Shown: positions 61,801-64,000 of the stretch, piece by piece
Numbering within the stretch: position 1 is the stretch's first letter
How the letters are laid out: each line of letters starts with the position of its first letter
NCBI GenBank assembly: GCA_030390025.1
Contig: JASTWF010000033.1
Location: 2,110,001 to 2,174,000 of the forward strand
Direction: 5' to 3'
DNA length: 64,000 bases
From: Squalus acanthias
Taxonomy: Eukaryota
The notes under the pieces: generated by a model
Databases searched by the model: none
Told to the model about the DNA's origin: nothing
Seen by the model: only the letters and a program-made list of their open reading frames with translations
Made by a program: the position numbers and the translations under genes

Positions 61801-64000
61801 ACTGAATACAGTGGTGTGAGATTGAAGTGTAGAGGGACTGAATACCCTGATGTGAGATTGAAGTGTAGAGGGACTGAATACCCTGGTGTGGGATTGAAGT
61901 GTAGAGCGACTGAATACAGTGGTGTGGGATTGAAGTGTCGAGGGACTGAATACAGTGGTGTGGGATTGAAGTGTAGAGGGACTGAATACAGTGGTGTGGG
62001 ATTGAAGTGTAGAGGGACTGAATACAGTGGTGAGGGATTGAACTGTAGAGGGACTGAATACCCTGGTGTGGGATTGAAGTGTAGAGGAACTGAATACAGT
62101 GGTGTGGGATTGAAGTGTCGAGGGACTGAATACAGTGGTGTGGGATTGAAGTGTAGAGGGACTGAATACAGTGGTGTGGGATTGAAGTGTCGAGGGACTG
62201 AATACAGTGGTGTGAGATTGAAGTGCAGAGGGACTGAATACAGTGGTGTGGGATTGAAGTGTAGAGGGACTGAATACAGTGGTGTGGGATTGAAGTGTAG
62301 AGGGACTGAATACAGTGGTGTGGGATTGAAGTGTAGAGGGACTGAATACAGTGGTGTGAGATTGAAGTGTAGAGGGACTGAATACAGTGGTGTGGGATTG
62401 AAGTGTAGAGGGACTGAATACAGTGGTGTGAGATTGAAGTGTAGAGGGACTGAATACAGTGGTGTGGGATTGAAGTGTAGAGGGACTGAATACAGTGGTG
62501 TGGGATTGAAGTGTAGAGGGACTGAATACAGTGGTGTGGGATTGAAGTGTAGAGGGACTGAATACAGTGGTGTGAGATTGAAGTGTAGAGGGACTGAATA
62601 CAGTGGTGAGGGATTGAAGTGTAGAGGGACTGAATACAGTGGTGTTGGATTGAAGTGTAGAGGGACTGAATACAGTGGTGAGAGATTGAAGTGTAGAGGG
62701 ACTGAATACAGTGGTGTGAGATTGAAGTGTAGAGGGACTGAATACAGTGGTGTGGATTGAAGTGTAGAGGGACTGAATACAGTGGTGTGAGATTGAAGTG
62801 TAGATGGACTGAATACAGTGGTGTGGGATTGAAGTGTAGAGGGACTGAATACAGTGGTGTGAGATTGAAGTGTCGAGGGACTGAATACAGTGGTGTGGGA
62901 TTGAAGTGTAGAGGGACTGAATACAGTGGTGAGATTGAAGTGTAGAGGGACTGAATACAGTGGTGAGATTGAAGTGTAGAGGGACTGAATACAGTGGTGT
63001 GAGATTGAAGTGTCGAGGGACTGAATACAGTGGTGAGATTGAAGTGTAGAGGGACTGAATACAGTGGTGTGGGATTGAAGTGTAGAGGGACTGAATACAG
63101 TGGTGAGGGATTGAAGTGTAGAGGGACTGAATACACTGGTTTGAGATTGAAGTGTAGAGGGACTGAATACAGTGGTGAGGGATTGAAGTGTAGAGGACTG
63201 AATACATGGTGTGGAGATTGAAGTGTAGAGGGACTGAATACAGTGTGTGAGATTGAGTGTAGAGGGACTGAATACAGTGGTGTGGGATTGAAGTGTAGAG
63301 GGACTGAATACAGTGGTGTGGGATTGAAGTGTAGAGGGACTGAATACAGTGGTGTGAGATTGAAGTGTAGAGGGACTGAATACCAGTGGTGTGAGATTGA
63401 AGTGTAGAGGGACTGAATACAGTGGTGTGAGATTGAAGTGTAGAGGGACTGAATACAGTGGGTGGGATTGAAGTGTCGAGGGACTGAATACAGTGGTGTG
63501 GATTGAAGTGTAGAGGGACTGAATACAGTGGTGTGGATTGAAGTGTAGAGGGACTGAATACAGTGGTGAGGGATTGAAGTGTAGAGGGACTGAATACCGT
63601 GGTGTGGATTGAAGTGTAGAGGGACTGAATACAGTGGTGTGGGATTGAAGTGTCGAGGGACTGAATACAGTGGTGTGAGATTGAAGTGTAGAGGGACTGA
63701 ATACAGTGGTGTGGGATTGAAGTGTCGAGGGACTGAATACAGTGGTGTGAGATTGAAGTGTAGAGGGACTGAATACAGTGGTGTGGGATTGAAGTGTAGA
63801 GGGACTGAATACAGTGGTGTGGGATTGAAGTGTAGAGGACTGAATACAGTGGTGTGGGATTGAAGTGTAGAGGGACTGATACAGTGGTGTGAGATTGAAG
63901 TGTAGAGGGACTGAATACAGTGGTGTGGATTGAAGGTAGAGGGACTGAATACAGTGGTGTGAGATTGAAGTGTAGAGGGACTGAATACAGTGGTGTGGAT
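49809..64000 (+). repeat. 36-bp satellite (GTAGAGGGACTGAATACAGTGGTGTGGGATTGAAGT) with 34-bp variants, about 395 copies, open at the window end
   Basis: Direct periodicity (CRGTEYSGVGLK). Higher-order duplications of about 1.58 kb and about 7.8-8.0 kb. Indel noise after about 63190. Confidence 0.98.

Noticed and set aside
49783..63207. 4474-aa and 4448-aa ORFs, and the many CRGTEYSGVGLK ORFs, as real genes
   Set aside because: They are pure translations of a 36-bp satellite. The frame switches at 34-bp variants with no sign of constraint, and the starts fall in error-prone sequence.
7439..64000. CRISPR-like arrays (27-67-bp periodic repeats)
   Set aside because: The units are head-to-tail with no unique spacers, there are no cas genes, and the context is vertebrate.

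Overview
Eukaryotic, vertebrate genomic DNA. The CR1-type LINE tails, a Deu-type SINE and the style of the C2H2 zinc-finger gene suggest a cartilaginous fish (inference). About 80% of the window is tandem repeat: 33-, 41-, 49-, 67-, 27-, 63- and 36-bp families, plus a 200-N assembly gap. The rest holds the last coding exon of an APEX1 (AP endonuclease 1) copy with substitutions at conserved residues, several 5'-truncated CR1 LINEs, a 5'-truncated Penelope-like element with a 13-bp target-site duplication inside the 67-bp satellite, a CpG-rich NRF1/YY1-type promoter and a C2H2 zinc-finger pseudogene. The most interesting observations are: a minimal hammerhead-ribozyme-like motif at the Penelope 3' end; a 49-bp satellite that is an amplified piece of the CR1 ORF2 3' end; a hairpin-forming 67-bp satellite that shares a core and its variant spectrum with the 36-bp satellite; and satellites that repeatedly start at LINE termini. 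The giant 4,400-aa ORFs and the other repeat ORFs are by-products of the repeats. There is no CRISPR array.
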